The translations under genes were made by a program, and so were the position numbers. This document shows positions 1 through 12,683 of a stretch of 64,000 nt of DNA, one piece after another; within the stretch, counting starts at the first letter, position 1; each line of letters starts with the position of its first letter. The DNA comes from Piromyces finnis finn (lineage: Eukaryota; Fungi; Neocallimastigomycota). The notes beneath the pieces are model-generated. The model was not told the DNA's origin. It worked only from the letters and a program-made list of their open reading frames with translations, and searched no databases. The stretch lies in the NCBI GenBank assembly GCA_002104945.1, contig MCFH01000055.1:1-64000 (forward strand), read 5' to 3'.

Positions 1-556
1 ATAATATTATTTACTATAATAATACATATTAAATATTATATAAATATTATTTAAATATAAAATAAATATTATTTAAATATAAAGAATTATTTATTTAATT
101 TTTATAATATAAATAGATAATTATCAATTTTAAATATTGAATTTACTATATAAAAAAATGAGTATTAATAATCTCACAAAGAACTTCTTAAAGTTGTTCT
201 TTGTTCAACTTATTTATACTTTCATCTTTAATATAATATTGATATTAATAAAGTATAATAATAATATAATTTAAGTTATACATGTATAATAATATAAATA
301 TAAATATAAATATTAATAAAATATAATAATATATAATATAATTTTCTTTAAATATCGATATTAATAAGTTGTTAAAAATAATATTAATAATTATTTAAAT
401 GAATCATATTTTACTAATTGGTTTGTTTAATATTTATATTAAATAAACTATTATTAGTAAAATATTATTAAATTAATATTTTAATTAATTTAATTAATAA
501 TTTCAAAATTATGAAATTTCATGAAATGTCAAATTTCATGAATTGTGATTTTGACA
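1..556 (-). mobile_element. Partial LTR (TGTCAA...TTGACA family), truncated by the window edge
   Basis: About 120-556 is the reverse complement of about 39353-39850; ends in ...TTTTGACA at 556. Confidence 0.75.
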
Positions 557-1133
557 TTAAAATCAGATTTTATATTGACTAATTATTTATAAATTTCATT
601 CTTTATCGGAAATGACACAAGTTTAAATATACCTTAATTCTAAATAAAATTAGAAAGTGGTATATTCGTGTGTAATTGAATGATTTATTTTTACTTGCTC
701 ACTTGCTCATTCTACAAGTTTTATATATAATTAATAAATATAATTTAAAGTTTTAAAAATATTTTGTTTTATAACATCAGTTTATTTATTTAAAATAAAT
801 AAATATATAATACATCTCGCTATGTATTATAAAAGAAAATATATTAAATATTAATTTATTATTTTATTATTAAAATATTCTAATTTTCCTGGCTAATTAG
901 TAACAGTTTTTAAAATAATGTTTTCTATTTCAATTTATACTATTTAATTACATTTAAGTTTGTTTATAAACAAAAATTGTTTATATTTTACATTTTTAAA
1001 ATTTAATTAAATATTTATATTTTACATTATCTTAATTGTTTGCTATTTTAATTTAATATTAGATTTATAATAAAATTTTTAAGTCAGAGTTTATATTGAT
1101 TGATTATTTATAAATTTTATTCTTTATTAGAAA

Positions 1134-1542
1134 TGATACGGTAAGAATATTATCTTAATTCTATAAATGAAATATAGAAAGTGATAATATCTGTATCTAA
1201 AAAAAATATTTAATAAATAAAAAATAAAGAAAATGAAAATAAATGGTTTTTATACTTGTTCATTTTCAAGTATTAGTTAGTTTTATAAAATAAATTTATT
1301 TAATTATAAATTTTGATATTTAATAGCTCTCGTATTATTAAATATATATATATATTTTATTATTAATACATCTCGTATGTATATGAACATAATTATAAAT
1401 ATTATTTTAATAAATTTAATATTATTATCTAATTTTAACGGATTATTAGGAACATCTTTTAAAATGAATGTTTTCTATTACTATTTATACAAAATTATTA
1501 TTTTAAAGTATAACTATAAACAAATATAAACTATTTAATTTA

Positions 1543-1573
<31 letters not shown>

Positions 1574-1639
1574 TTTACATTTATAATTTTTAATTTAATA
1601 ATTTTATACATGTTAAATATTTTAATTTTTATCTTTGTT

Positions 1640-1640
<1 letters not shown>
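1134..1640 (-). mobile_element. Solo/relic LTR of the mini-element family (TGATA...TATCA)
   Basis: Reverse-complement similarity to LTRs 50536-51100 and 51916-52478; starts TGATACGG. It runs into a (TTA)n tract, and the missing end seems to resume at about 3607-3657. A more diverged tandem copy lies at about 560-1080. Confidence 0.6.
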
Positions 1641-1847
<207 letters not shown>

Positions 1848-3606
1848 TGTTAAGGATCTAAGATGAATTTAGGTAAGTTAGGTCAGAATGCCCTAACCCT
1901 ACTTATTAATTTAATATAAATTATGTATTATTATAATACTTTTATTTATTAATAAATTTATTAATACATCTTATTAACCAAATATTTTATTAATTCACTA
2001 AGTAGAGTTATCAAACTTAATGATTTCTCGAAAAGTTCAATTGTTGAATCAATTTCGAGTATTTATAATTTTTAAATCAATTAATAAATGATTAATCTAT
2101 TTAATAAGTTACATTAATTATAAAATACATGATTTCAATTTTAATATAATTAACTATTCTATAAATTAAAATATATTAAATATTTATATAATGATTTTAA
2201 GCTTATGACTTGCCTTTATTTAATTGCTTAAACCATTTCAATCATTTGAGGGAGGAATGACTAACTATTTCATTTATTTAAATTTCCTTCCACATCAAAT
2301 GAACAAAGAGATATTATTTAAACTTTAATAAATATAAAATCTTAATAATTATAATTAATAGAAATCTCTAAAAATATTGTTTAATAATGTTTTATAAAAT
2401 TATTACTCCTAATTAATTAAATGTATAAAACATTATTTAAATAAATTATCATGAATCCACTAATATTCATGACATTTGTAAAAGTTTTACTAAACTTATA
2501 ATTTAATATTAAAATATTAAATTAAATAAAAGGTTAAAAGATAACTAGGTTAGAAAAAAAAATGTTTTATTAAAATAATCTTAATTGATTTATAAATGAA
2601 TAATTAAATTATATATTATGGTTAAAATAATTTCTTTTATTTTATTTAATGATATAGTGCTAAAATATATAATAATAAGATTATTTAGTAGTGATACTCA
2701 TTAAGTATTAATTATTATTAATAGTTAATAATTTATAGTTAATAATCTTTAGTTAATAATTTATAGTTAATAATTTAATAATTTATGGTTAATAATTTTT
2801 GGTTAATAATCTTTACAAAGATTTTAATTTCATAAATTATTCTAAACTATTTATACTATTTGTAATTTTACATTTAATAATAAAATAACTTTTCAATACA
2901 TGATTATATTCATAATATATTTTATAATACTTAAACTAAACTTAAGACTTATTCCTAATTATTAAAAAATAACTATTGTTTATAATATTCATAATATTAA
3001 TTATTTCTTGATTATAATATAATTCATTGAATATAATATTAATAATTATAATCCTCTAGTTCAAAGATTATAAATTATGTTATTGAAATAATTATTATAA
3101 AATAAAGTTAATTAGTTCCGGAAAATAATTTTAATTTAATTAAACAATAATTTTTATACTTTGAGTGAATGATTTATGTTTGATATATCAGGGGTGATCA
3201 TTCTCTGAATAAACAATTAATCATTGCTAACAAAATATCTTTAAATTGGAATATCTCGTGAACCAGCAGAGATATTGACCTGATTTTAAGATATGTTGTT
3301 TGTCTCGAGCGTGGCTTTCTAACGAACGTAATTATAACCAAAATATTTTTATTCAAAAATCGTCATTCGTTGAGGAGATACGCGTGTTTTTCCTTATTCC
3401 ATTTTAACGATAAGGGTTAAAGTTATTTATTATAAAAATTATTAAGGGTTAAGGTCATATTTTAACCTTTTCTAAATTTTTAAATATTTCTTAATAAAAT
3501 TTTATAATTTATTTGAAAATAAAATATTTGTTGATTTTGAATTTTCATAAGTGATTTCACAATTCCAAGTGATCTTGAAATTGTAATTTTACTAGTATTC
3601 GTGACA
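1848..3606. mobile_element. LTR-derived insertion(s) of a TGTCA/TGACA family inside the microsatellite
   Basis: TG start at 1848. Ends CTAGTATTCGTGACA at 3606, with a similar internal end at 2474. 2800-3606 is homologous to 59224-59935 and, reversed, to about 40477-40850. No TSD found. Confidence 0.45.
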
Positions 3607-4465
3607 ACATTATTGTTATTATTATTAATTTGTAATTTATAAATTTAATTATTTATTTGAAATGATATAATTTGATAATAATCTTAATTTTGAATTTTAC
3701 TTCAATAAGTGATTATTATATTATATCTTGAGTTATAACTATATAAGTTATATGGATTAGAATTTGAAATTGTTTTTATAAAGATTAATAAAATTGTTTT
3801 ATTAAAAACACTAAATTGTTTTATTAGAAACACTCGTTTTTCTAATATTTAAATATTTAAAATTTTATTTAATTAATTATAAAAGTGATTATTAAAATTA
3901 TAATATTTCTTTATTAATAATAATAATAATGATTAAAATAAGAATATTTACATGTATTTATATTTTCTTTTAAATTTAAACTATTTACATTAAAACAATA
4001 AAATTAATAACTATTTACAATAAAAGTAATAAAAGTAATTAGAAATAACAATAAAAGAAATAATTAAAAGTTAAAGAATATAAAAGTTGTTTATTTTACA
4101 ATTAATTAAAGTAATAATTATTTTTAATGTTTTAATAAAGGTGTTTAATTATATTATTTTATAACATGAATTATTATATTTGTTTACTTTTAAAGTGTAA
4201 TTTACTAACGAAGTTATTAAATATTTAATTTAATAATTAATTTAACAAAAGTTATATATTTTGATCTCGATTAATTAAAGTTTATTATTTTCTTTCAATA
4301 ATCAAAATATATGCAGTGTTTAGGATTAATTTTATTTAAGAATTTTGGTAAAGTACTTAATTAAACTATAACTTGTTTTAAGTTACTTTTAGGGTTAACT
4401 TAAAAATCAGGTATAATAATAATTTTATATTTATTAATTTCATTATTTATCAGTTTCTCGGCCTT

Positions 4466-7400
4466 TTAAGAATTAACTTCGTCCCTTGAAGTCAAATTTT
4501 GTTCTGGTAGAACGTAAGGAAAAATATTTTTAATATGCACATTTCTATCAAGTAGTTTTCCTGTATGTGGATCTTCAAGTACAACAGTATTAAATTTTTG
4601 TTTATTAACAACTTTATAAGGACCATAAAAATAAGGATTTAATTTACTTCTTCCTATTAATCTTATCATAACATAATCACCTGGTTTATAAGTCTTCTTT
4701 AAAGCTTTGGATAAACCTATTCTATGTTCCCAATATTGATTAGCATGATTAGAATATTCAGTAGCTTGTTTTACCCAATTTTGATGCCTTAAAAATCTTC
4801 GAAAAATATATTCTTCTTCTGTTTCATTAGGATCTTTATAAATATCAGGAAACATTATTTCTAATGGCCATGTGTCTCTTCTACCATATAATAGTTCGAA
4901 ACTACTAAACTTAGTTTTTGAATTTTTGGTGGTTCTAAGTGCCCAAAGTGCAGATGGTAAATATTCATCCCATTCGGATTCATTTTCAATTAAAAGTCTT
5001 AAAGTTTTTCCAATTTCTTTGTTTCTATTTTCAATCATACCATTAGATTGTGGGTGATGAGGAGAAACAAAATGAACCCATGATCCATATAGATCAATCA
5101 TCATTTTAGTAATATCAGACATAAACGAACTTCCATTATCAGTAACAATTATTTCTGGTGGACCGTGTCTTGTTATTACTTCTATTAAAAATTTTATTAC
5201 TTCTTCTGATTTCATATTTGGGATTGCTTTAGCTTCAACCCATTTGGTGAAATAATCAACAAGGGTAATAATATAAGAATTTCCATGTTTAGTAAGTGGT
5301 AATGGACCAACTATATCTAATCCGACTCTAGTAAATGGTTGTTCAATTGGGGTTATATTATCTTCAGTATTTTTAGGTAAAGGCTTAGGTCTACAAAGTT
5401 GACATTTTCTACAGGACTTTACCCACATTCTTACATCATTCCAAATACCAGGCCAATAGTAAGATTTTAAAATTCTATTTGTGGTCTTTTCAGCACCTTC
5501 ATGACCAACAGAATGAGCACGACTAATAATATCCTTTTTATCTTCATCTTTATAAATAACTTTAAGATATAATTCATCCTTTTTGTAATAAAGAGTATTA
5601 TCAACAACTTGATAATTTTTAGTAAAATATTTTTTTATTCCTTCAGGTAGGTCTAAATCTCTTGGATTAAAATCAGATAAAATTGCATAAGCGCAATTTA
5701 CTATTTCATTAGAGTTTTTAGAAGGCAATCTTGAAAGAGCATCAGCAAAAACATTTTTCTTTCCTTTATCATATTTTAATTCAATTTTATATTTATTAAA
5801 TTCTTCAATCCATCTTGCATGTCTACCTTTTGATGGAATATTCTTTTTATAGAATCCAAGTAATGGTTTATGATCGGTAATTAATATGGTAGGATTTTTA
5901 TTACTTATAATATATTGACGAAATTGTAAAATAGCATAATAAATTGCTAATCCTTCAAGATCAGTAACAGAATAATTCTTTTCTGAAGTAGATAAAGTAC
6001 GACTAATACAACAAATTGGATGTTCCAATTTGTCCCCCTCCACCTGTAAGAGTACAGCACCAATGCCATTAGTTGATGCATCAGTACGAATAATAAATTC
6101 TTTATTAAAATCAGGATAACTTAAAATAGGATCACTTAATAGACATTGTCGAATATCTTCAAAAGCATCATTACATTCTTGTGACCAAATATATTCTTGG
6201 TCTTTCTTTAATAAATTAAAAAGAGAACTTGCTCTAATAGAAAAATTTTGAATAAATTTGCGGTAATAACTAGCTAAACCTAGGAATGATCTTAGTTCAT
6301 TAACATTTCTTGGAGCATTCCATAAGGCAATACTTTGAACTTTAGAAGGAACAGTTTTTAATCCATTAGGTGTAAGTACATGTCCTAGTACTTCTACCTT
6401 TTCTTGAAAGAATTTACATTTTTGTAAATTAAGAGAAAGATTATATTTAGATAATATTTCAAAAACTTGTTGTAAATGATAAAGATGTTCTTCAGGTGAT
6501 TTAGAATAAACAACAATATCATCAATATAAACAAAAAGACATTTACCAATTAATGGTAAGAGAATCCTATTCATTTCTCGCTGGAAAGTAGCGGGAGCAT
6601 TAGTTAAACCAAATGGCATTACTTTAAAATTATAATTACCAAATTTTGTTGTAAAAGCAGTTTTTTCAATATCATTTGGATTCATAGGAATTTGATGATA
6701 GCCAGAATATAAATCTAAAGCAGAAAATATTTTTGCACCATTAACAGAAGAAATTAATTCATCAATAAAAGGAAGTGCATAAGAATCCTTAATGGTAATT
6801 TCATTAAGTCTTCTATAATCAATACACATTCTCCATTTACCATTTTTCTTTTGTACAAGCAGAACTGGAAATGACCATGGAGAGTGAGAAGGAGTAATTA
6901 AACCTTTATCAAGTAATGAAAGAATTTCACTTTTTAAAATATCAGCATGTTCCTTAGATAATTTATAAGGTTTTAATTTTATTGGTTTATTAGTAGTAGT
7001 AATTATAGAATGAGGCTCTAGATCCGCAGTAGTTAATTGAGACATTGATGTAGCCATACAATTTTTATATTTATTTATAATATGTTCAAATTTTGATTTA
7101 ATATTATCAGGTGTTGAATTTAAAATTTCTTTTAATGTATCTTGAAATTCTTGGTTTTCTTCTTTTGAAATAATTATAGAATTCATCAAAGGAATATCAT
7201 TAATATCATTATCATTACTATTGATAATATTTGTAATTTTCTTTAAACCTTTTTTGGTTTTTTGATATATATAATCATCATCAGGGTCAATAAATAAACG
7301 GTATTTCTTTTGAATACCTCTTCCAAAAATTATATCAAAGTATGGGTTACTTTGTTCTATAATATAAAATTTTTCTAAAATAGTACAACAATTATTAATA

Positions 7401-8317
7401 TTTATTTTTAAAGTAGTAAAAATATTTGTAGGAACAGTAGTACCATTAGCAATAGTTATATTTTGTTCCTCATCACTTCTTTCAATATTTTTATTAGATA
7501 ATTTATTAAAACCATTTGTAGTAATGATATTGACGTTTGCGCCAGTATCATAAAGGATTTTTAAATATTTTCCATCTATGTCGCCAATTATTAATGGAAT
7601 ATTAGAGTTATTAAAGGAGTACATCACTTTTTCAACTTTGGGTTTACAACCTTGTTCTAATTCTTTTCTAAGCGATGGACTAGCAGAGAGTAATTGAGAA
7701 AGACTTATTTTTGGATATAAATTATTTGCTTCTTTAATTATACTAAATTTATCTTTGGTTTTTAACATTTGTATTTCTGTCATATTTCTTTTTGTAGTTA
7801 CCTTGGGTTTGACAAGATTTTTCTTTACTTTTATTTTATTAGTTTCATTATTATTTTTAAAAGTTTCTTCATTAGTAGAATTGTTAGAATCATTAATTTC
7901 AATAGGTTGGATATGTTCTTTTGTATTCGTAACTTCTTCTAGAGGTATTTCATTGGTATTATTTTGTTCTTCTTCACTTTCTATTTCTGTTTCTTCATTT
8001 GGGATTTCTTCCATCTCTTCATCTTTATCTTCACTAATTTTTCTTCTACGAGTATCTCTAATATTCTTCTTTTGTTGTTTTAAATTCCTAATGTTGGGTT
8101 GGTTAAGTATTGAGGGTTTGACAATACTTTTATTATTTGGTGATATTTTATTTTTATCTAGTGTTTTAACATTTATTCTCTTCTTTTGAGCGGCATTTAT
8201 AGAATAATTATTTTCATTAGAGATATTAGAATTTATTTGGGCTTCTTGTACATTTTGTGAATTGTTTGCAATTTTAGTTTTTATGGGAGATTGCTTACTC
8301 CCATTATTTAGTTTAAA
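4466..8317 (-). CDS. pol: Pol of element A (protease-RT-RNase H-integrase), probably made as Gag-Pol by -1 frameshift
   Basis: Motifs LYDTGA, YIDDIV, TDAS...ADALSR, H-H-C-C zinc finger, D-D-E core and GPY/F. The frame is open from the slippery site at 8317 to the annotated Met at 8014. Confidence 0.95.
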   Translation of the reverse strand, partial: FKLNNGSKQSPIKTKIANNSQNVQEAQINSNISNENNYSINAAQKKRINVKTLDKNKISPNNKSIVKPSILNQPNIRNLKQQKKNIRDTRRRKISEDKDEEMEEIPNEETEIESEEEQNNTNEIPLEEVTNTKEHIQPIEINDSNNSTNEETFKNNNETNKIKVKKNLVKPKVTTKRNMTEIQMLKTKDKFSIIKEANNLYPKISLSQLLSASPSLRKELEQGCKPKVEKVMYSFNNSNIPLIIGDIDGKYLKILYDTGANVNIITTNGFNKLSNKNIERSDEEQNITIANGTTVPTNIFTTLKININNCCTILEKFYIIEQSNPYFDIIFGRGIQKKYRLFIDPDDDYIYQKTKKGLKKITNIINSNDNDINDIPLMNSIIISKEENQEFQDTLKEILNSTPDNIKSKFEHIINKYKNCMATSMSQLTTADLEPHSIITTTNKPIKLKPYKLSKEHADILKSEILSLLDKGLITPSHSPWSFPVLLVQKKNGKWRMCIDYRRLNEITIKDSYALPFIDELISSVNGAKIFSALDLYSGYHQIPMNPNDIEKTAFTTKFGNYNFKVMPFGLTNAPATFQREMNRILLPLIGKCLFVYIDDIVVYSKSPEEHLYHLQQVFEILSKYNLSLNLQKCKFFQEKVEVLGHVLTPNGLKTVPSKVQSIALWNAPRNVNELRSFLGLASYYRKFIQNFSIRASSLFNLLKKDQEYIWSQECNDAFEDIRQCLLSDPILSYPDFNKEFIIRTDASTNGIGAVLLQVEGDKLEHPICCISRTLSTSEKNYSVTDLEGLAIYYAILQFRQYIISNKNPTILITDHKPLLGFYKKNIPSKGRHARWIEEFNKYKIELKYDKGKKNVFADALSRLPSKNSNEIVNCAYAILSDFNPRDLDLPEGIKKYFTKNYQVVDNTLYYKKDELYLKVIYKDEDKKDIISRAHSVGHEGAEKTTNRILKSYYWPGIWNDVRMWVKSCRKCQLCRPKPLPKNTEDNITPIEQPFTRVGLDIVGPLPLTKHGNSYIITLVDYFTKWVEAKAIPNMKSEEVIKFLIEVITRHGPPEIIVTDNGSSFMSDITKMMIDLYGSWVHFVSPHHPQSNGMIENRNKEIGKTLRLLIENESEWDEYLPSALWALRTTKNSKTKFSSFELLYGRRDTWPLEIMFPDIYKDPNETEEEYIFRRFLRHQNWVKQATEYSNHANQYWEHRIGLSKALKKTYKPGDYVMIRLIGRSKLNPYFYGPYKVVNKQKFNTVVLEDPHTGKLLDRNVHIKNIFPYVLPEQNLTSRDEVNS
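8268..8317 (-). promoter_or_regulatory. -1 ribosomal frameshift signal (U UUA AAC plus pseudoknot), element A
   Basis: Gag ends CAT TTA AAC TAA. A 6-nt spacer is followed by stem ATGGGAG/CTCCCAT, and loop GCAAT pairs with downstream ATTGC. Confidence 0.85.
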
Positions 8318-9276
8318 TGATTATATTCATCATCTAATTCTGGACAATCATTCGTAGTATGACCTATTCTTTTACAATTTAAACAAACATTAATTTTTAG
8401 GTCAGCAAGCTTTTGAGTTATTTCTTTTAGTTCATCATCATTATTTTGTGGATATTTTAAGGTACTTCTTCTTTGCTCAACATTTTGACTAATATTATTA
8501 AATCTTGGATAATTATTGTTATTATTATTGTAGTTATTATTTTGAATATTACTATTATAATTATTATTTCTGTAGTTATTAGTATAATTTCTATTATTAT
8601 AATTTTTAAAACTATTTTGGGTGGTATTATTATTATTCATTCGGTTATAACTATTAAAATTATTGGAATATGCTTTATCATTATTTCTTTGAGCATTATT
8701 ATCATTTGGAGACCTTCTAGAATTAATGGAGGTCCTCATTTTGGGTCTATTTTCTTCGACTATGTTATAAATTTTCTCTTTCTTAATAGTAATATTCCTG
8801 GCTTCTTCTAAACTTTTTGGTTCAGCTTCTAATAGTGCCTCATAAGTCTTGGTAAAGTTTCTAAAGGCATTAATATAGTATGATATAATAATTTCATTTG
8901 ACATTTTTAGATTTGTTTTATTTATTAGAGAGTCAAATTTTATATTAAATTCAGATACACTTTCATTTTTCTTTATTGTAATAGTAGATAATTCTAATAA
9001 TCTAGAATTCTTTGGTATGGAACCTCTAAAATGATTTTTAAGGTTTTTGACGATGGTATCATAATCATCTGGTGTCTCTTTATTTAATGCATTAACTACA
9101 ATTGTTCTAGCGGTACCTGTAGTTAATGATATAAGATATTCTAACTTTTCTTGTTCTGGTATCTTATATAAATTACACCAATGTTTAAAAGAAAATTCCC
9201 AATCGTCAAATTCAACCTTTGTTGAACCCAAAATAGGTATTCTATTAAAGGTGATACCTTTAGTAGTATTATCCAT
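8308..9276 (-). CDS. gag: Gag of element A
   Basis: Capsid-like N-terminus, Asn-rich linker and C-terminal CX2CX4HX4C knuckle (CLNCKRIGHTTNDC). Confidence 0.9.
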   Translation of the reverse strand: MDNTTKGITFNRIPILGSTKVEFDDWEFSFKHWCNLYKIPEQEKLEYLISLTTGTARTIVVNALNKETPDDYDTIVKNLKNHFRGSIPKNSRLLELSTITIKKNESVSEFNIKFDSLINKTNLKMSNEIIISYYINAFRNFTKTYEALLEAEPKSLEEARNITIKKEKIYNIVEENRPKMRTSINSRRSPNDNNAQRNNDKAYSNNFNSYNRMNNNNTTQNSFKNYNNRNYTNNYRNNNYNSNIQNNNYNNNNNNYPRFNNISQNVEQRRSTLKYPQNNDDELKEITQKLADLKINVCLNCKRIGHTTNDCPELDDEYNHLN

Positions 9277-11263
9277 TATTACTTTTTATTTTTATTTTAT
9301 TTAATTTTATTTTAATATTTTATTTAAAAGTTTTAATTTTATTTGTTTATAATAAGTACAATAATATATTTTTATTTACAATTATTTTTATTTATACTGA
9401 ATTTTTTTTATTTACAATAATATAATTTTATTTACAAGTATTTAGTATTATTTACAATAATTTGTTCACAATAAAATAATTTTATTTACAGATATTTTTT
9501 TTTTTTTTTTTTTTTTTTTATAAGGGATATTAGGTTTTTTTTTTTTATTAATAAAATATACTCTTATATAATGTAGTATGATAGAGAGCAATTTAGTTGT
9601 TATGTGTAGACAGTTATTTTAATTTTATTGTTATTAGGGAACTTTATTCTTGAGAAAATTTTATTAACGTTATGAGTATATTTTATTTATATCAAATTTT
9701 TTTTATATATTAGTATTGTTATTTATAAAGAATAGTTGTTTTTAATGTAAGGTATATATATATATTTTTTTTATTATTACAAAGCAGAAAGATAATATTG
9801 ATTATGTTGTTATAGTACCTTCAGAGTACCCGACAGTTTCGTCACCGTGCCTTTCGACCTCCACTAACTAACCGTCATAAATATTAAGTGGTGTAATATT
9901 TACTTATTAGTTAGCGCTCTACTCCCCCACGATATGTGATAAAACTGCACTCTTACTTACTATAAAACACTTTAATTATCTCAGTAATTAATTAACCGAA
10001 AAGATAAACAAAAGTTATTTTTCGCTGAAAATTAACTAAAAAGACAACTCAATATTATTGCTTTTATTATTTGAAATTTATAACAATACTTTTAATTTTA
10101 TTTAACCGATGATTATATTTTATAATTTTTATTAAATAATTTTTATCTTTAATTTATAAATTATAATTATTAATTTATAATTATAATTTATGTATTTCTT
10201 TTTCTTTTAAAAAAAAATAATTAAATATAAAACTTTATTTACAGGATTTATTTTTCGCTTTTTAGTGCCTTACAACAATTTAATTAACCGGCAAAAGCTA
10301 CTAACTAGAGGTGATATACTAGACCTCAAAATAAATTTAAACTATATATTTTTATGTCGCTTTACCTTCACGACAAACCTTTAGCCTTCGGTGACTAAAG
10401 TTCCTTATTCGCCAGAGTTCACAAAAGTATTCAACTTGAGAGTCCTGTATTGCGTGCTTTTTATCACACTAACAATCCCTTCCCCCAAGTAAGCGTGCTA
10501 TTCACACTCGTCCTACTTTTACAAATACTTCAGTGATTAACAGCTATAGTTTCTAACCGACTGAAACTAGTTAATTATACACTGAAACTCTGTATATGAG
10601 CTCTATACGCTCCTAGTATATTTTTACAAGTATTTTTAATTTATAAAGTTTTATATTTATAATAATTTTTTTTTTTTTTTTTTTTTGTAGTATATATATT
10701 TTTTTTATATATATATACTTATATCTTTATTTATTATTATTTTATTTTATTATATGTTTGTTTTTATGTATATATATCTAATGTATATATACCTATTTTA
10801 TTATTATTATTATTATTAATTATTTTAACTATCTAATTTTATAATATTATTAACTATTTATCTAATCTATGATATTTTTATAAAATTCTTTTCTTATTTA
10901 AAATATTTATATATTTTATATAATATATAATATTTATATATCAATTTGCTATATTAATACTATACTATTAAGTATTATAATTTATTTATTTTATTTTTAA
11001 TGTTATTTTAATAATATTTAAATAATATTTCAATATTGGGTATTGATTTATTATTTTAATATTACTTTATTATTTAATATTTATTAAATTTTAATAAGCT
11101 ATAATTTCTAAATAGATGAAATATTGAGAATATCTAACTATTCTATTAACTATCTATTCTATACTATTATAACTTGATTATTTAATTAATTTCATAAAAT
11201 ATTTTACTATTCTTTATGAAATTTTTATATAAAGAAAATTTTATATTTACCTTATTTTGATTC

Positions 11264-11280
11264 TCCGGTTCGAAGGACCA
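11264..11280 (-). promoter_or_regulatory. Primer-binding site of A, complementary to the tRNA-Tyr 3' end
   Basis: TGGTCCTTCGAACCGGA lies 1 nt after the LTR. Its complement TCCGGTTCGAAGGACCA resembles the eukaryotic tRNA-Tyr 3' end as recalled (TCCGGCTCGAAGGACCA). Confidence 0.75.
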
Positions 11281-12683
11281 TTGATATAATTTGATAATAA
11301 TCTTAATTTTGAATTTTACTTCAAAAAGTGATTATTATATTATATCTTGAGTTATAACTATATAAGTTATATGGATTAGAATTTGAAATTGTTTTTATAA
11401 AGATTAATAAAATTGTTTTATTAAAAACACTAAATTGTTTTATTAGAAACACTCGTTTTTCTAATATTTAAATATTTAAAATTTTATTTAATTAATTATA
11501 AAAGTGATTATTAAAATTATAATATTTCTTTATTAATAATAATAATAATGATTAAAATAAGAATATTTACATGTATTTATATTTTCTTTTAAATTTAAAC
11601 TATTTACATTAAAACAATAAAATTAATAACTATTTACAATAAAAGTAATAAAAGTAATTAGAAATAACAATAAAAGAAATAATTAAAAGTTAAAGAATAT
11701 AAAAGTTGTTTATTTTACAATTAATTAAAGTAATAATTATTTTTAATGTTTTAATAAAGGTGTTTAATTATATTATTTTATAACATGAATTATTATATTT
11801 GTTTACTTTTAAAGTGTAATTTACTAACGAAGTTATTAAATATTTAATTTAATAATTAATTTAACAAAAGTTATATATTTTGATCTCGATTAATTAAAGT
11901 TTATTATTTTCTTTCAATAATCAAAATATATGCAGTGTTTAGGATTAATTTTATTTAAGAATTTTGGTAAAGTACTTAATTAAACTATAACTTGTTTTAA
12001 GTTACTTTTAGGGTTAACTTTAAAATCAGGTATAATAATAATTTTATATTTATTAATTTCATTATTTATCAGAATGATAAGCGTTTAATATTATCTTAAT
12101 TTATAATTGATTAATTATAAAAGTGATAATATTCTTATCAATTAATTAATAAGAGAAAAGTGTTTAAAATTAATTTTTATTATAGAATTATTTGAGATAT
12201 TCTAATTAAACATAACAATTATTAACAAAAATATAAAAGTTATGTTTTAAAACACAATTTTAAAATATATTTTTGAATCAACTTTTTATTTAATAAATTT
12301 ATTAAAAGTATTGATTGATTTTTAAATTAGGAAATAATTACATGTATTTATAATTTTCTTTCTGTTTTAACTTTTTAAAATAAAATATTAATATGTTTTA
12401 AAATAATAATGAATAATAAATAAAAGAAACAATTTATTTTAAAGTAATTAATTTAATTAATATAACACTATTTTACTATTTAAAATGTTATTTATACTAT
12501 GTTTATTTTATAACAAAAATATAATTTAAACTGAGTTTTAATAAATAATTTTTATACTTTTAATTAAACATTTAAATATTATTATTATTTATTATTTATT
12601 TTTAAGTTGTTTTGAGGGTTAGTTTATATCAATATTATAATTTCATATTTATTAATTCCAATTTATATCAATTTCTCCCTTCT

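Larger units (their letters stand above)
3663..12071 (-). mobile_element. Ty3/gypsy LTR retrotransposon A, full length, very recent
   Basis: 790-bp LTRs 3663-4452 and 11282-12071 look identical (TGATA...TATCA). PBS 11264-11280, PPT at about 4453-4466, gag and pol ORFs. TSD imperfect (GAAA/GAAT). Confidence 0.95.

Noticed and set aside
9820-9860. GACGAAAC and CTGAAGG suggested a hammerhead ribozyme
   Set aside because: CUGANGA is not matched, and stems I and III cannot be formed.
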